Assembly: GCA_003554585.1 (NCBI GenBank)
Contig: PWGV01000093.1
Location: 1,043 to 65,042, forward strand
DNA: 64,000 nucleotides
From: Halobacteroidaceae bacterium
GTDB lineage: Bacteria; Bacillota; Halanaerobiia; B1SED10-174
Reading direction: 5' to 3'
The notes under the pieces were generated by a model. It searched no databases, had not been told where the DNA came from, and saw only the letters and a list, made by a program, of their open reading frames with translations. A program made the position numbers and the translations under genes. Of the stretch, positions 20,465 through 30,560 are shown in pieces. Within the stretch, counting starts at the first letter, position 1, and every line of letters starts with the position of its first letter.

Positions 20465-20628
20465 TACCCCCTTCAGCCCTCCTGCTTTCCAGCAGTAGGC
20501 GATGAATTTCTTCTAACTATGTAGGGAGCGGCTTTTTGGTTATTACTCTATCCAGCTTAAAATCTGGTTTGGTTTATGGCAAACCCTTTTAAGCTCTTCC
20601 CAGACCTAAAACGAAAAAAAGGGGTTGA

Positions 20629-21216
20629 CTAGCTACCCCCTTCTCTCATTTCTTCCTCACCAGGGCTTTCTTTATGCAGGTCAGGCCCTCCTTCCCCTCG
20701 CAAACCATCGGGGTCGGGCAGGTGCTCAATATCCGAAAGTCCGAAGTGCTTCAGGAAAGCATCAGTAGTTCCGTAGAGAATGGGGGTTCCTGTTTTTTCC
20801 AGGCGGCCTACTTCTTTAATCAGGTCTTTTTTTACCAGGGTGAATAATGCTTTTTCGGCTTTAACCCCCCTGATATCCTCAATTTCTGCCCTGGTAATGG
20901 GCTGTCGATAGGCGATAATGGCCAGGGTTTCTAAAGAAGCCTGAGTAATTCTCTGTTTCAATTTTGGTTTGTGCAGGCGGCGGATATATTCTCCAAATTC
21001 AAGCCGTGTGGAAAAGAGATATCCCCCGGCAAGTTCATCAAGCTGAATTCCCCGCCTGTTGTCTTCATTATATTCCTGTTTTAATTCTTCGATAGCCTGG
21101 CTTATTTCTCTCTGATCAGCCTCCAGGACCTGGGCTATTTCCTCAATATTAACTGGTTCGGAAGCCAGGAAAACCAGGGCTTCCACAGCACCTTTTAAGT
21201 TTGCCGGAGAGGACAC
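20629..21216 (-). CDS. scpB: segregation and condensation protein B
   Basis: LETLAIIAYRQPITRAEIEDIRGV, GTPILYGTT..FL.HFGL. Confidence 0.96.
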   Translation of the reverse strand: MSSPANLKGAVEALVFLASEPVNIEEIAQVLEADQREISQAIEELKQEYNEDNRRGIQLDELAGGYLFSTRLEFGEYIRRLHKPKLKQRITQASLETLAIIAYRQPITRAEIEDIRGVKAEKALFTLVKKDLIKEVGRLEKTGTPILYGTTDAFLKHFGLSDIEHLPDPDGLRGEGGPDLHKESPGEEEMREGGS

Positions 21217-21978
21217 TCAAACCTTACCTCCCTTGATAATCAGTTTATTGACGCTTGTCCCTTTATCAATTTTTATCCGCTTGCTCTTAATCAGTTCCAG
21301 AAGAGCCAGAAAGGAAACCACTTTTTCCTGGGGGTTTTCCAGGTTATTTATCACCTTCCCGAAAGGAAAACCCCGGGGACATCTCTGGCAAAAGTCAAGA
21401 ATTTCTTCCATCTTTTCCGCAATAGTATAGCTTTCTCCCTCGAGTTCCTGCCACTTTTTTTCGCGTGATTTATCTCTTTTCTTTCGGGCCTTGGCATCAA
21501 TCTGGGCCCGGTTGAAAGCAGCAACAACCTGTTTTAATTGGATGCCTTCCAGGGGGTTTTCCCTCTGTTTTTCCTGGTCCTCGTATCGGCTCAGGAAATA
21601 AATTAAATGATCGGAATTGCGCTCGTAAACTCCCATCCTTTTTTCTTCGAGGTCTTTGAGGAGTTCAGTTACTCGCTTAACCCGGCGGTAGAAAAAAAGC
21701 CTTTTAACCAGGTCCGGTTCAGGAAGAGGGCCTCCCCTTTTCTTTTTAGCGCCGGGAAGCAGGGTTTTGGTTTTTAACTGGACCAGTTCAGCCGCAAGCA
21801 TTAAAAACTCGCTGGCTATTTCCAGGTCCATTTCCTCCATCCGGTTAAGATAATCCAGGTATTGCTGGGTAACCTTTCTCAGGGAAATTTCACTTATATC
21901 CAGCTGGTTTTTTTCTATCAGGTGAACCAGTAAATCCAGCGGTCCTTCGAAGGAATCCAGCCTGAGATTATACTCCAC
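21217..21978 (-). CDS. scpA: segregation and condensation protein A
   Basis: FEGPLDLLVHLI, ASEFLMLAAEL, SFLALLELIK. Start GTG 21978. Confidence 0.95.
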   Translation of the reverse strand: MEYNLRLDSFEGPLDLLVHLIEKNQLDISEISLRKVTQQYLDYLNRMEEMDLEIASEFLMLAAELVQLKTKTLLPGAKKKRGGPLPEPDLVKRLFFYRRVKRVTELLKDLEEKRMGVYERNSDHLIYFLSRYEDQEKQRENPLEGIQLKQVVAAFNRAQIDAKARKKRDKSREKKWQELEGESYTIAEKMEEILDFCQRCPRGFPFGKVINNLENPQEKVVSFLALLELIKSKRIKIDKGTSVNKLIIKGGKV

Positions 21979-21979
21979 T

Positions 21980-22969
21980 TTAAATCCTCCCGACACCCAT
22001 CTTTTGCCTTACGATTTTCATAGTTGCTGCAGCTTCTTCCCGGGCCTTTTCTGAGCCCCGGGCCAGGTAATCTTCAACAAGGCCTGGATCCTGCTCAAAT
22101 TTCTTTCTTTCCTTCTGGATTGGCGCCAGCAGATCTATTAGTATCTCAACCAGTTCTTTTTTGCAGGCTGTGCAGCCTCTTTCAGCGTTCCTGCATTCCC
22201 GCCCAACCCTTTCGACCCGGTCGTCAGCAAAGACTTTGTAAAAGGAATATACATTGCAAACCTCGGGGTTCCCGGGATCTTTTAGGCGGATCCTCTGGGG
22301 ATCAGTTATTACATTCCAGACTTTTTTGTGGACTGTATCCGGGTCATCGGTTAGGAAAATAGCATTACCATAGCTTTTGCTCATTTTGCGCCCGTCAATT
22401 CCAGGCAACCTGGCTGTTTTGGTTAGTTTGGGCTCCGGGACTGGAAAAACTTCCCCGAACAGGTAATTAAAACGTCGAGCCATTTCCCGGGTAAATTCCA
22501 GGTGAGGTAATTGATCATCCCCCACAGGAACAGCATGAGCTCGATAAATTAAAACATCCGCTGCCTGTAAAACAGGGTAACCCAGCAGACCATAACTTAC
22601 CTGATCGCCAAGGTTAAGTTCATTAATCTGTTCTTTATAGGTGGGGTTTCGCTCCAGGCGAGAAACCGTTGCCAGCATAGAGAAAAGCAGGTGCAATTCG
22701 GCATGTTCGGGGACCCGGGATTGAACAAACACAGTGCTTTTTTCCGGGTCAATCCCGACGGCGAACCAGTCCATAGCCATTTCCCTGGTATTTTCAGATA
22801 TCGTCCCACTATTTTCAATTGAGGTAGTTAACACGTGCCAGTCAGCAACCTCATAAAAACATTCATATTGGTCCTGCATATCCACCCAGTTACCAAGAAT
22901 TCCCACCAGGTGGCCCAGGTGGAGTCGTCCGGTTGGACGGTTTCCGCTTAGAACTCTCTTTTTTTCCAT
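21980..22969 (-). CDS. trpS: tryptophan--tRNA ligase
   Basis: SGNRPTGRLHLGH, YPVLQAAD, KMSKS. Confidence 0.97.
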   Translation of the reverse strand: MEKKRVLSGNRPTGRLHLGHLVGILGNWVDMQDQYECFYEVADWHVLTTSIENSGTISENTREMAMDWFAVGIDPEKSTVFVQSRVPEHAELHLLFSMLATVSRLERNPTYKEQINELNLGDQVSYGLLGYPVLQAADVLIYRAHAVPVGDDQLPHLEFTREMARRFNYLFGEVFPVPEPKLTKTARLPGIDGRKMSKSYGNAIFLTDDPDTVHKKVWNVITDPQRIRLKDPGNPEVCNVYSFYKVFADDRVERVGRECRNAERGCTACKKELVEILIDLLAPIQKERKKFEQDPGLVEDYLARGSEKAREEAAATMKIVRQKMGVGRI

Positions 22970-22987
22970 TTTCCCGCTCCTTTCTGT

Positions 22988-23620
22988 TTATGCTCCGAAC
23001 ATGAGAACATTATAAAAGAAGAAAATTACTGGAGATATTACTCTCCCGATTACTCCGGTGAACAGGAGCAAAATAATAATCATAAAACCATAGGGTCCTT
23101 CCAGGAAATTAAGGTACTGATGATAACGATAGGGCAAAACTCCCCGCAGAATTTTAGAGCCGTCCAGGGGAGGAACTGGAAGCAGGTTAAAAATTGCCAG
23201 AGCCAGGTTGATAATTATACCAATCTGGATCATCTCAACCAGGAAAAAAGCAAAATTACCGACAGCATAGTTGATAGCACCCCTTTCCAGGAGAAACAGG
23301 ACAAATCGGAAAATAAAAGAAATTAAAATGGCCAGGCCTATATTGGAAAGAGGGCCTGCAAGACTAACAAGCAGGATATCTCGCTGGGGATTTCTGAAGT
23401 TTCGCGGGTTTATAGGGACCGGTTTGGCCCAGCCAAAGCGGCGGGTCAATAACAAAACCAGAGCCCCAATGGGATCCAGATGAGCAATTGGATTCAGGGT
23501 CAACCTTCCCATGGACCTGGGGGTAGGATCTCCAAGCATATCGGCAGCCTTCCCGTGGGAAAACTCGTGAATGGAGAGGGAGAGCAAAATTACGGGTATT
23601 ATTAATAGTATTTCAGTCAT
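22988..23620 (-). CDS. site-2 protease (M50) family protein
   Basis: HEFSH, GRLTLNP, AGPLSN, FNLLPVPPLDG. Confidence 0.93.
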   Translation of the reverse strand: MTEILLIIPVILLSLSIHEFSHGKAADMLGDPTPRSMGRLTLNPIAHLDPIGALVLLLTRRFGWAKPVPINPRNFRNPQRDILLVSLAGPLSNIGLAILISFIFRFVLFLLERGAINYAVGNFAFFLVEMIQIGIIINLALAIFNLLPVPPLDGSKILRGVLPYRYHQYLNFLEGPYGFMIIILLLFTGVIGRVISPVIFFFYNVLMFGA

Positions 23621-26220
23621 TTCTGTTTTTTACCTCCTTGAGCAGAGAGAATTTGCCGAGCTAGTTCTTTTTCCTGGTCCACTGTAGAAACTTCCCCATT
23701 AATTCGGGCAGCCCGGATTTGTTGCAAAACTTTTCCCAGCTCCGGTCCCCTGGGAAAGCCAATTTTTAAAAGTTCCTGCCCTGAAAGTTTTACTTCCTCA
23801 AAACTGCTGCGGAAAAGAAAATCCGTAATTTTCCCCCGCAAATTTTCCTCTCCCGCCAGAGCTCCCAGAATTGCAGAGAAATCACGGGTATATTTACTTA
23901 AAAGCCAGAATACATCGGCCGGTTTCTCCATATTTCTGATTTTTTCCAGTGTAGTTTCAAGCAAGTCAATTTCAACTGTAAAAAGCCTTTTGGCTTTTTT
24001 ATCCAGCTGCCACCTTTCAACAAGCTCATCCCGGTCAGGAATAGGTTCATTGCGGCAGATATACCCCGTGAATAATAAAAGGGAATCAAATCTCTTTCTC
24101 TCATCTTTTCTAAAGATATTTTCCAGGAAAGCAAAAGCCTCTTTTTCTGTTTCTATTCCCCGGGGAAAAAACGGTAGCAGGGCTGGCCAGATCTTAAATT
24201 CCTCAAAAAGCTCACCGAGCCTTCCCCATTCCCCGAGTTCTAGTAATCTCCTGATATTATCCTTTATTACCAGCGGGGGAAGGTTTTGAAGAATATCCGC
24301 CTGAATTGCCTCTTCAATGAGAGAGCGGGTTTCCGGGCTAAAAGAAAAGTTATAGCGCATAATCAAACTTATACCCCGGAAAATTCGCTGGGGATCATCT
24401 ACAAAACTCATGGTATGCAGAACCTGCAGCCTTTTCTTTTCCAAATCCTGATATCCCCCGAAAAGATCAAGAAGCTGTCCCCATTCATCTCCTGACAGGG
24501 AAATCACCATGGAATTCACGGTATAATCCCGGCGGTAAAGATCCTGTTTCAGGGATGCTGGTTCAACCTGGGGCAAAGCAGCAGGGTACTCGTAATATTC
24601 ACGCCGGGTTTGCGCAATATCCATGGCAAGACCGTCCTCCAGCTCGAGAGTTGCAGTATTAAAATCTTCAAACTGGGTAAGCTTCCCTCCCAAACGGCGA
24701 GCAAGTTGCCTGGCCAGGAGGAAACCTTCCTCTTCCACGATAAAATCGAGGTTGAAATTAATCCTGCCCAAGAGGAGATCCCTGACAAATCCTCCCCCCA
24801 CATAAACCTTGACTCCGATTTGGGAACTGCATTCACTGATCTCTCGAAAAATTTCCTCCAGCCGCGGAGGTAAATTGGTCAACCGTTCCCTGACATTGTA
24901 GGTTTTTAATTGAGGTAAAACGAGCTGCCCTCCATAGCGGTTAACTTCGAGTTGTTCTTTATGGTGAACTTTTAATAAATCACTCCGGGTTACAATACCC
25001 AACAGGTTGTTTGCTTCATCGAGAACCGGCAGTCGGCCCACATTGTTTTTTATCATAATTTCCTGGATCTCCGGAATTGTTGAATCAGGTCCAATGGTAA
25101 GCACCCGCCTGCTCATATATCCCTTCACGGGAGCATGACTTAATCCGTGTTTTTTTACCTTGATTAAATCTCTACGGGAAAAGATGCCCTCAATCGCCTT
25201 TTCACCCACTATTACCAGGCCATTATGCCCGTAAAATTCCATTAACTCCTCTGCTTTTTCTACTGGAGTATCCGGAGTCACAGTTTTTACCGGACTGGAC
25301 ATTATATCTCGTGCAGTTTGTTCAGTAACAATACTCTCCTCCAGGTAATCCCGCAGCATTTTGACCAGAGTATCACCATCCATATCCTTTGCCTGAGCAG
25401 ATCCAGCCCCTCGATGTCCACCACCGCCAAGCTTTTCCATGATCGGTCCCAGATTTATTTCTGGAACTATAGCCCTGCCCACAACGAACTGGCGATTTTT
25501 ATTTTCCAGGATTAAAAAAACCGCGTCCGCATCCCGGATATCCATCAGAGTCTGAGCAATTTGATTCAATCCGGTCATGTAATCCTTTTGTTTGTGGCGG
25601 AAAATATGAATACTTAAACCCTTTATTTTCCAGGTTTCTCCCTCATCCAGCAGTTCGTTTAATAGATCCTGCTGTTTTTCATTGAGGGGGAAATGCAAAA
25701 ATTCTCTTAAAATAGAAATATTAAAACCCTTTTCCCAGATGTATAAAGCGGCCCGAAAATCCTCCAGGGAAGTATATTCGGCGGTAAAGGACAGGGTATC
25801 ACTATAAATGGCTATTGCAGCTAAAACCTTTTCCGGTTCGGTAAGTTCCATTCTTTTATCAATTATTTTGCGGAGAAGAACGGCAGTCGTTGATCCTACC
25901 TTTTTAACCTCCCCTTCTGCCCCTTCGGGCAATTCAAAAGGAGGATGATGATCATAAATTGTGAGCCGCAAATCTGAATCCTGGGGAAAAGGATTTTTTT
26001 GGGTGTCGACTAAAATCAGCTCGGTTAACTTTTCATCTTCTTCTTCTGGAAATTCTTCCAAAAAATCAAACTCATCCCTGTAGAGAGCCATAAAATCCTG
26101 GACTGCTTTACTCTGCCTTCGGGGGAGAAAAACGCGAAAATCGGGATTAAGCTTTTTGGCCAGGACCATGGCGGCCAGGCCATCAAAATCGGTCAAAGCA
26201 TGAGTTGTTATCGCTTTCAT
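23617..26220 (-). CDS. DHH-CBS-tRNA nucleotidyltransferase (A-adding-type architecture)
   Basis: N-terminal DHH (DFDG, YDHH, GGGH), tandem CBS, then GGFVRDLLL, RRDYTVN, SFVDDPQR. Confidence 0.88.
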   Translation of the reverse strand: MKAITTHALTDFDGLAAMVLAKKLNPDFRVFLPRRQSKAVQDFMALYRDEFDFLEEFPEEEDEKLTELILVDTQKNPFPQDSDLRLTIYDHHPPFELPEGAEGEVKKVGSTTAVLLRKIIDKRMELTEPEKVLAAIAIYSDTLSFTAEYTSLEDFRAALYIWEKGFNISILREFLHFPLNEKQQDLLNELLDEGETWKIKGLSIHIFRHKQKDYMTGLNQIAQTLMDIRDADAVFLILENKNRQFVVGRAIVPEINLGPIMEKLGGGGHRGAGSAQAKDMDGDTLVKMLRDYLEESIVTEQTARDIMSSPVKTVTPDTPVEKAEELMEFYGHNGLVIVGEKAIEGIFSRRDLIKVKKHGLSHAPVKGYMSRRVLTIGPDSTIPEIQEIMIKNNVGRLPVLDEANNLLGIVTRSDLLKVHHKEQLEVNRYGGQLVLPQLKTYNVRERLTNLPPRLEEIFREISECSSQIGVKVYVGGGFVRDLLLGRINFNLDFIVEEEGFLLARQLARRLGGKLTQFEDFNTATLELEDGLAMDIAQTRREYYEYPAALPQVEPASLKQDLYRRDYTVNSMVISLSGDEWGQLLDLFGGYQDLEKKRLQVLHTMSFVDDPQRIFRGISLIMRYNFSFSPETRSLIEEAIQADILQNLPPLVIKDNIRRLLELGEWGRLGELFEEFKIWPALLPFFPRGIETEKEAFAFLENIFRKDERKRFDSLLLFTGYICRNEPIPDRDELVERWQLDKKAKRLFTVEIDLLETTLEKIRNMEKPADVFWLLSKYTRDFSAILGALAGEENLRGKITDFLFRSSFEEVKLSGQELLKIGFPRGPELGKVLQQIRAARINGEVSTVDQEKELARQILSAQGGKKQK

Positions 26221-26259
26221 GGATCTCCCCCCAGTTCAAACTAATTATAACATAAAGCA

Positions 26260-28146
26260 TCAATTAAAGTTAATCCCATGCCGCTGCATCTTGTTGTAAA
26301 GGGTGGTCCGGGCAACCTTTAATTGCCGGGCAGCCTCGGTTCGATTCCCCCCCGTTTTATGCAGGGCCTGGATAATTGCCCTTTTTTCAGCCTCTTCTAC
26401 GGATTGATCAAGTGATAATCCAAACTCTTCTCCTCTTTCTGCCCCACCTTCATCTTTTTCTTCCTGTAGCGTATGGGGCATGTAAGGAGAAAGAATAATA
26501 TTCCCTTCAGCCAGGTTAATACCCCGTTCCAAAACATTTTCCAGTTCTCGAATATTACCTGGCCAGTTGTAATTTAGCATTAAACGCAGGGCTTCATCGG
26601 AAACACCCGTTACTTCTTTTCCAACCTTGGCAACCAGTTTGGGTAGCAGGAAGCGAATTAAATCCAGAATATCGTCTTTTCTCCGCCTCAGGGGAGGAAT
26701 TATCAGGGAAATAATGTTCAAGCGGTAATAAAGGTCTTCCCGGAATTCCTTTTTCATCATTGCTTCTTCCAGGTTTTGATTAGTTGCTGCAATTATGCGG
26801 ATATCCAGTTCAATGGGCTCGACCCCACCCAGTCTTTGAATGGTCTGATCCTGCAAAACGTGTAATAGTTTTGCCTGCAGGGATAGGCTCAGGTCCCCTA
26901 TTTCATCCAGGAAAAGTGTTCCTCGGTTGGCCATTTCAAACTTACCCAGTTTTCCGCTTTTCTTGGCTCCTGTAAAAGCCCCATCCTGATAACCGAATAA
27001 TTCGCTTTCCAGAAGGGATTCAGGAATTGCAGCACAGTTTACCTGGACAAAAGGTCCATCTTTCCTGCTGCTCGCCTCGTGAATCCCCCGGGCAAAAAGC
27101 CCCTTCCCGGTTCCACTCTCTCCAAGGAGAAGAATTGTTGAATTGGAACGAGCCGCCCGGTCGGCCATGCGAACCACATTAAGAAATTCCGGGTTATGAC
27201 CAATTATTCTTGAGAATTCCGGGGGTTTTTGATAATCCCCAGTCAACCGATCTTCAAGACTGCGCACCGTGGCTAAAGCCCGGTCCCGCTCTGAAGACAG
27301 GTTTTTCAGCTCCGAAATATCCTCAATTAAAAGGAGTCCCCCCACTATGTCGTCACCACTGGCCAGAGTCCGGGTTCGGCAACGGACCGGGACGCCATTG
27401 AGTTCATACTCAACGTGGGAGTTGATTTCTTTTTTCTCTTGGAGGTACTGGATTAACTGGACGATTTCCTCGTTTTGGGGATGGATTTCCCTTAAACTTC
27501 TGCCTCGCAAGTGGGGAACCGGAGCAGTTGGCCCTTTTGCCCCAAAGCGCTTTCCTTTTAAAATATCTCCCACATCTTCTCCTCTTGCGGTGTAACCTCT
27601 GGCCTGGTAGAATTTCACTTCTCTTGTTTCACCATCCAGGATAACCATGTGCCCAGCAGCAACCTTGTATTCATAAGTGAATTGTTTGCGGTCAATTTTG
27701 ATGTCCATTACTTTCCGGGCTCGATCCAGCATCAGTTCAACTGAACGGCCCTTCCATTCCGATTGAAAATGCGTTTGCATTTGTTCCCGGGGAGCCAGTT
27801 CCAGATTACCTTCGCCTGTCCTGGCACCAAATTCGCCCATGGCAAGGAAACCATGGCCTTTTTTAACATCCCCAGGAGAAATTCCAAGCACATTCAGGCT
27901 GTTGGGTTCTAACCTCCCATCATCTTCACCCAGGGCATTATCAATAATCAGGACCAAATCCCCTGGCATAAGCTGCCCTGGGGAATGGCCGGGACCAACC
28001 CGGGGATCAATTCCGAATATTGAACGGCCAACGTCATTATAAACAATAATTTGCCCTTCCCGGTCAACAACAATTACCCCTTCCTCCAGGTGGTTGGCAA
28101 CCAGGGCCAGAAGATCTTTGTTGGCACCATTCCAGGCTTCCTCCAT
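26260..28146 (-). CDS. sigma54-dependent enhancer-binding activator (PAS-AAA+-Fis HTH)
   Basis: GESGTGK, ESELFGYQDGAFTGA, FLDEIGD, REDLYYRL, WPGNIREL, C-terminal HTH. Confidence 0.95.
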   Translation of the reverse strand: MEEAWNGANKDLLALVANHLEEGVIVVDREGQIIVYNDVGRSIFGIDPRVGPGHSPGQLMPGDLVLIIDNALGEDDGRLEPNSLNVLGISPGDVKKGHGFLAMGEFGARTGEGNLELAPREQMQTHFQSEWKGRSVELMLDRARKVMDIKIDRKQFTYEYKVAAGHMVILDGETREVKFYQARGYTARGEDVGDILKGKRFGAKGPTAPVPHLRGRSLREIHPQNEEIVQLIQYLQEKKEINSHVEYELNGVPVRCRTRTLASGDDIVGGLLLIEDISELKNLSSERDRALATVRSLEDRLTGDYQKPPEFSRIIGHNPEFLNVVRMADRAARSNSTILLLGESGTGKGLFARGIHEASSRKDGPFVQVNCAAIPESLLESELFGYQDGAFTGAKKSGKLGKFEMANRGTLFLDEIGDLSLSLQAKLLHVLQDQTIQRLGGVEPIELDIRIIAATNQNLEEAMMKKEFREDLYYRLNIISLIIPPLRRRKDDILDLIRFLLPKLVAKVGKEVTGVSDEALRLMLNYNWPGNIRELENVLERGINLAEGNIILSPYMPHTLQEEKDEGGAERGEEFGLSLDQSVEEAEKRAIIQALHKTGGNRTEAARQLKVARTTLYNKMQRHGINFN

Positions 28147-28151
28147 TTTGC

Positions 28152-28871
28152 TTACCTCCTTGCGTGGTCAATAAACATCCGGAAAAGAGCGAGGGTTTTC
28201 TCTTCCCTTTCCCAGAGGTGCTCAGGATGCCACTGCACCCCTACCAGAAACTGGCCATTTTTGGACTCAATAGCCTCAACTACTCCATCTCCAGCCCTGG
28301 CGCTCACAAAAAAACCAGGAGCAGGCTCTTTTACCGCTTGATGGTGGAAAGAATTAACTTTGTTTTTACCCTTTCCAAATACTTCACTCAATTTGGACCC
28401 TTTTTCAACTTTAATTGAATGGGTCGGGTACCAGCGGGGAGCATTTTGGGAGGGTTTGATTAATTCATTGTCGATTTGCGAAGTTATATCCTGGTAAATG
28501 GTCCCACCTGAAACCAGGTTAATAATCTGGCACCCGCGGCAGATCCCGAAAACCGCTTTCTCTTCTTCCACGAAATTTTCCAGTATGGTTTTTTCAAAAA
28601 AATCTCGCTCGGGGTCAATCCCGCCCATCTTGGGATGGGGTTCTTCCCCGAAAATTAAGGGGTCCATATCGACACCGCCGGAAATCAGGAGACCATCGAG
28701 TCTTTTTGCCATCTCTCTGATCTGTTCTTTATCCTGCAAAAGAGGCAGGATAACCGGGGTCCCCCCAGCGGCGGCGACCCCTTTTACATAGTGGCGACCG
28801 ATCTGATAGTTTGGAGGTGCGTCACCTTTTTCCTGAGTTGCTGTAATCCCAATTAATGGTTTTTTGTTCAT
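28152..28871 (-). CDS. gamma-glutamyl-gamma-aminobutyrate hydrolase family (peptidase C26)
   Basis: GLLISGGVDMDP, GICRGCQ, VNSFHHQAV, GVQWHPE. Confidence 0.92.
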   Translation of the reverse strand: MNKKPLIGITATQEKGDAPPNYQIGRHYVKGVAAAGGTPVILPLLQDKEQIREMAKRLDGLLISGGVDMDPLIFGEEPHPKMGGIDPERDFFEKTILENFVEEEKAVFGICRGCQIINLVSGGTIYQDITSQIDNELIKPSQNAPRWYPTHSIKVEKGSKLSEVFGKGKNKVNSFHHQAVKEPAPGFFVSARAGDGVVEAIESKNGQFLVGVQWHPEHLWEREEKTLALFRMFIDHARR

Positions 28872-29187
28872 CGTTTAGTCAGCTCCTTTTTGCCCATAAT
28901 TTTGGACACAATTCTATTATTATTTCTCTAAATCAGGTGGTTTACCTGCCTGCTCTGTTTAAATTTTTAAACAAAAATTTATTGTTTTTTTCAAATTAAA
29001 AAACTCTCCTCGCGGAGAATCTTTTTTATTTCAATTTAGTGCTCTTTACCTTTTTTTGTTTTGATAATTCAAATAAGCGGCCAGGAAATCGTCAAAATTA
29101 TCCCGGTTTAACCTGACCTATTCTTTCCCAGGAACCTGAATACCCCCTTTGTATTCAGGTCTCCCGCTTGATAACTATTTTTTTCTC

Positions 29188-29216
29188 AAAAAAAACCGCC
29201 GGAAATAACCGGCGGC
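29188..29216 (-). terminator. intrinsic terminator after lysA
   Basis: CCGCCGG-TTATTT-CCGGCGG followed by T8. Confidence 0.85.
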
Positions 29217-29225
29217 ATTTTCTCT

Positions 29226-30560
29226 TTAAAGGGCCAGATACTGATCTTCATCCTTCTGAAGATGAGCGGGTATCTCATTTCTCTGCAAGATGTCTTCATA
29301 AGATTCGCCCTTAATTAACGTGCTGGCCTGTCCATTACCTACCAGGACAACTGCTGGACGGGGTAACCCGTTATAGTTAGAAGCCATGGGATAGGTGTAG
29401 GCACCCGTGCAGGTCACAGCTAATAAATCACCTGCTTTAATTCGAGGTAATTCAATTTCATTGATCAGGTTATCTCCTGATTCGCAGAGGCGCCCGGCGA
29501 TAGTTACCGTTTCCAGGGCCCTTTTTTCTGCTTCTTTGTTCACCACAAAAGCATTATATTTTGCTTCGTAAAGAGCCGGTCTTATATTATCCGACATACC
29601 TCCGTCAACCGGAACAAAAGTCCCCAAGCCATCCACTTCTTTCCGGGCTCCAAGAGTATACAGCGTTACCCCCGCAGTAGCCATTATACTGCGCCCCGGT
29701 TCAAATTCAAGGGTAGGAAGGGGAAGATTTAATTCCCGGCTAAGTGAAATTACTTTTTGAGAAATCTCGGGGAGAAAACTGTCAAAACCAAAGCTTTCTT
29801 CTTCCTCATTGTGGGCTACAGCAAAACCGCCACCAAGGTTTAGGGCAAAACCTTCATCCCATAATTGCTTGAATTCGGCTGCGAGTAGTAAAACTTCCTC
29901 CGCTGCTTCCAGGTAAATATCAGCATCAGTGATCTGGGAACCAAGGTGACAGTGCAGACCGACGGGTTTCATAACTTCAGAACGGGACAATTTCCGCATG
30001 GCTTTCCTGGCCTGCCCCTGATGCATTTTAAAACCAAACTTTGAACCCATTCCGGTTTGCAGGTGGGGGTGAGTAACTGCTTCCAGGGCAGGAACAACTC
30101 TAAGCATAACGGGAATAATACTTCCCATTGCCTTACCAATCTTTTCAATCCTATCAAGTTCATCATCGTTATCCACGACAATAGCCCTGATCCCGGACCT
30201 GATAGCCTGAATTATATCTCTCCTGCTTTTATTATTACCGTGCATTATAATTCTATCCGCGGGAAACCCGGCGCTCAGAGCGGTATACAATTCTCCACCT
30301 GAAACTACATCCAGGCCCATGCCCTCTTCTTCCATTATTCGACAAATTCCCATATTTAAGAAAGCCTTAGAGGCATAATAGACATTGCTTTGAGGATAAT
30401 ACTGTTTGAGATTATCCAGATAATAACGGGCGTTCCTCCGAATTGTTTCTTCATCCATAACCAGAAGCGGAGTCCCGTATTCCCTGGTCAATTCTTCGAG
30501 TTTACAGCCTCCTAAATAGTACTCTCCATCACGCTTTTCCAAAGTTCCTGGCAAATCCAT
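29226..30560 (-). CDS. lysA: diaminopimelate decarboxylase
   Basis: YYASKAF (PLP Lys), DVVSGGEL, HCHLGSQI, EPGRSI, CESGD, GAYTYPMASNYN. Start ATG 30560 with SD GGGAGG. Confidence 0.95.
   Translation of the reverse strand: MDLPGTLEKRDGEYYLGGCKLEELTREYGTPLLVMDEETIRRNARYYLDNLKQYYPQSNVYYASKAFLNMGICRIMEEEGMGLDVVSGGELYTALSAGFPADRIIMHGNNKSRRDIIQAIRSGIRAIVVDNDDELDRIEKIGKAMGSIIPVMLRVVPALEAVTHPHLQTGMGSKFGFKMHQGQARKAMRKLSRSEVMKPVGLHCHLGSQITDADIYLEAAEEVLLLAAEFKQLWDEGFALNLGGGFAVAHNEEEESFGFDSFLPEISQKVISLSRELNLPLPTLEFEPGRSIMATAGVTLYTLGARKEVDGLGTFVPVDGGMSDNIRPALYEAKYNAFVVNKEAEKRALETVTIAGRLCESGDNLINEIELPRIKAGDLLAVTCTGAYTYPMASNYNGLPRPAVVLVGNGQASTLIKGESYEDILQRNEIPAHLQKDEDQYLAL

Noticed and set aside
22970-22987. 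T-box upstream of trpS
   Set aside because: Only 18 bp separate trpS from the upstream gene, leaving no room for a leader.
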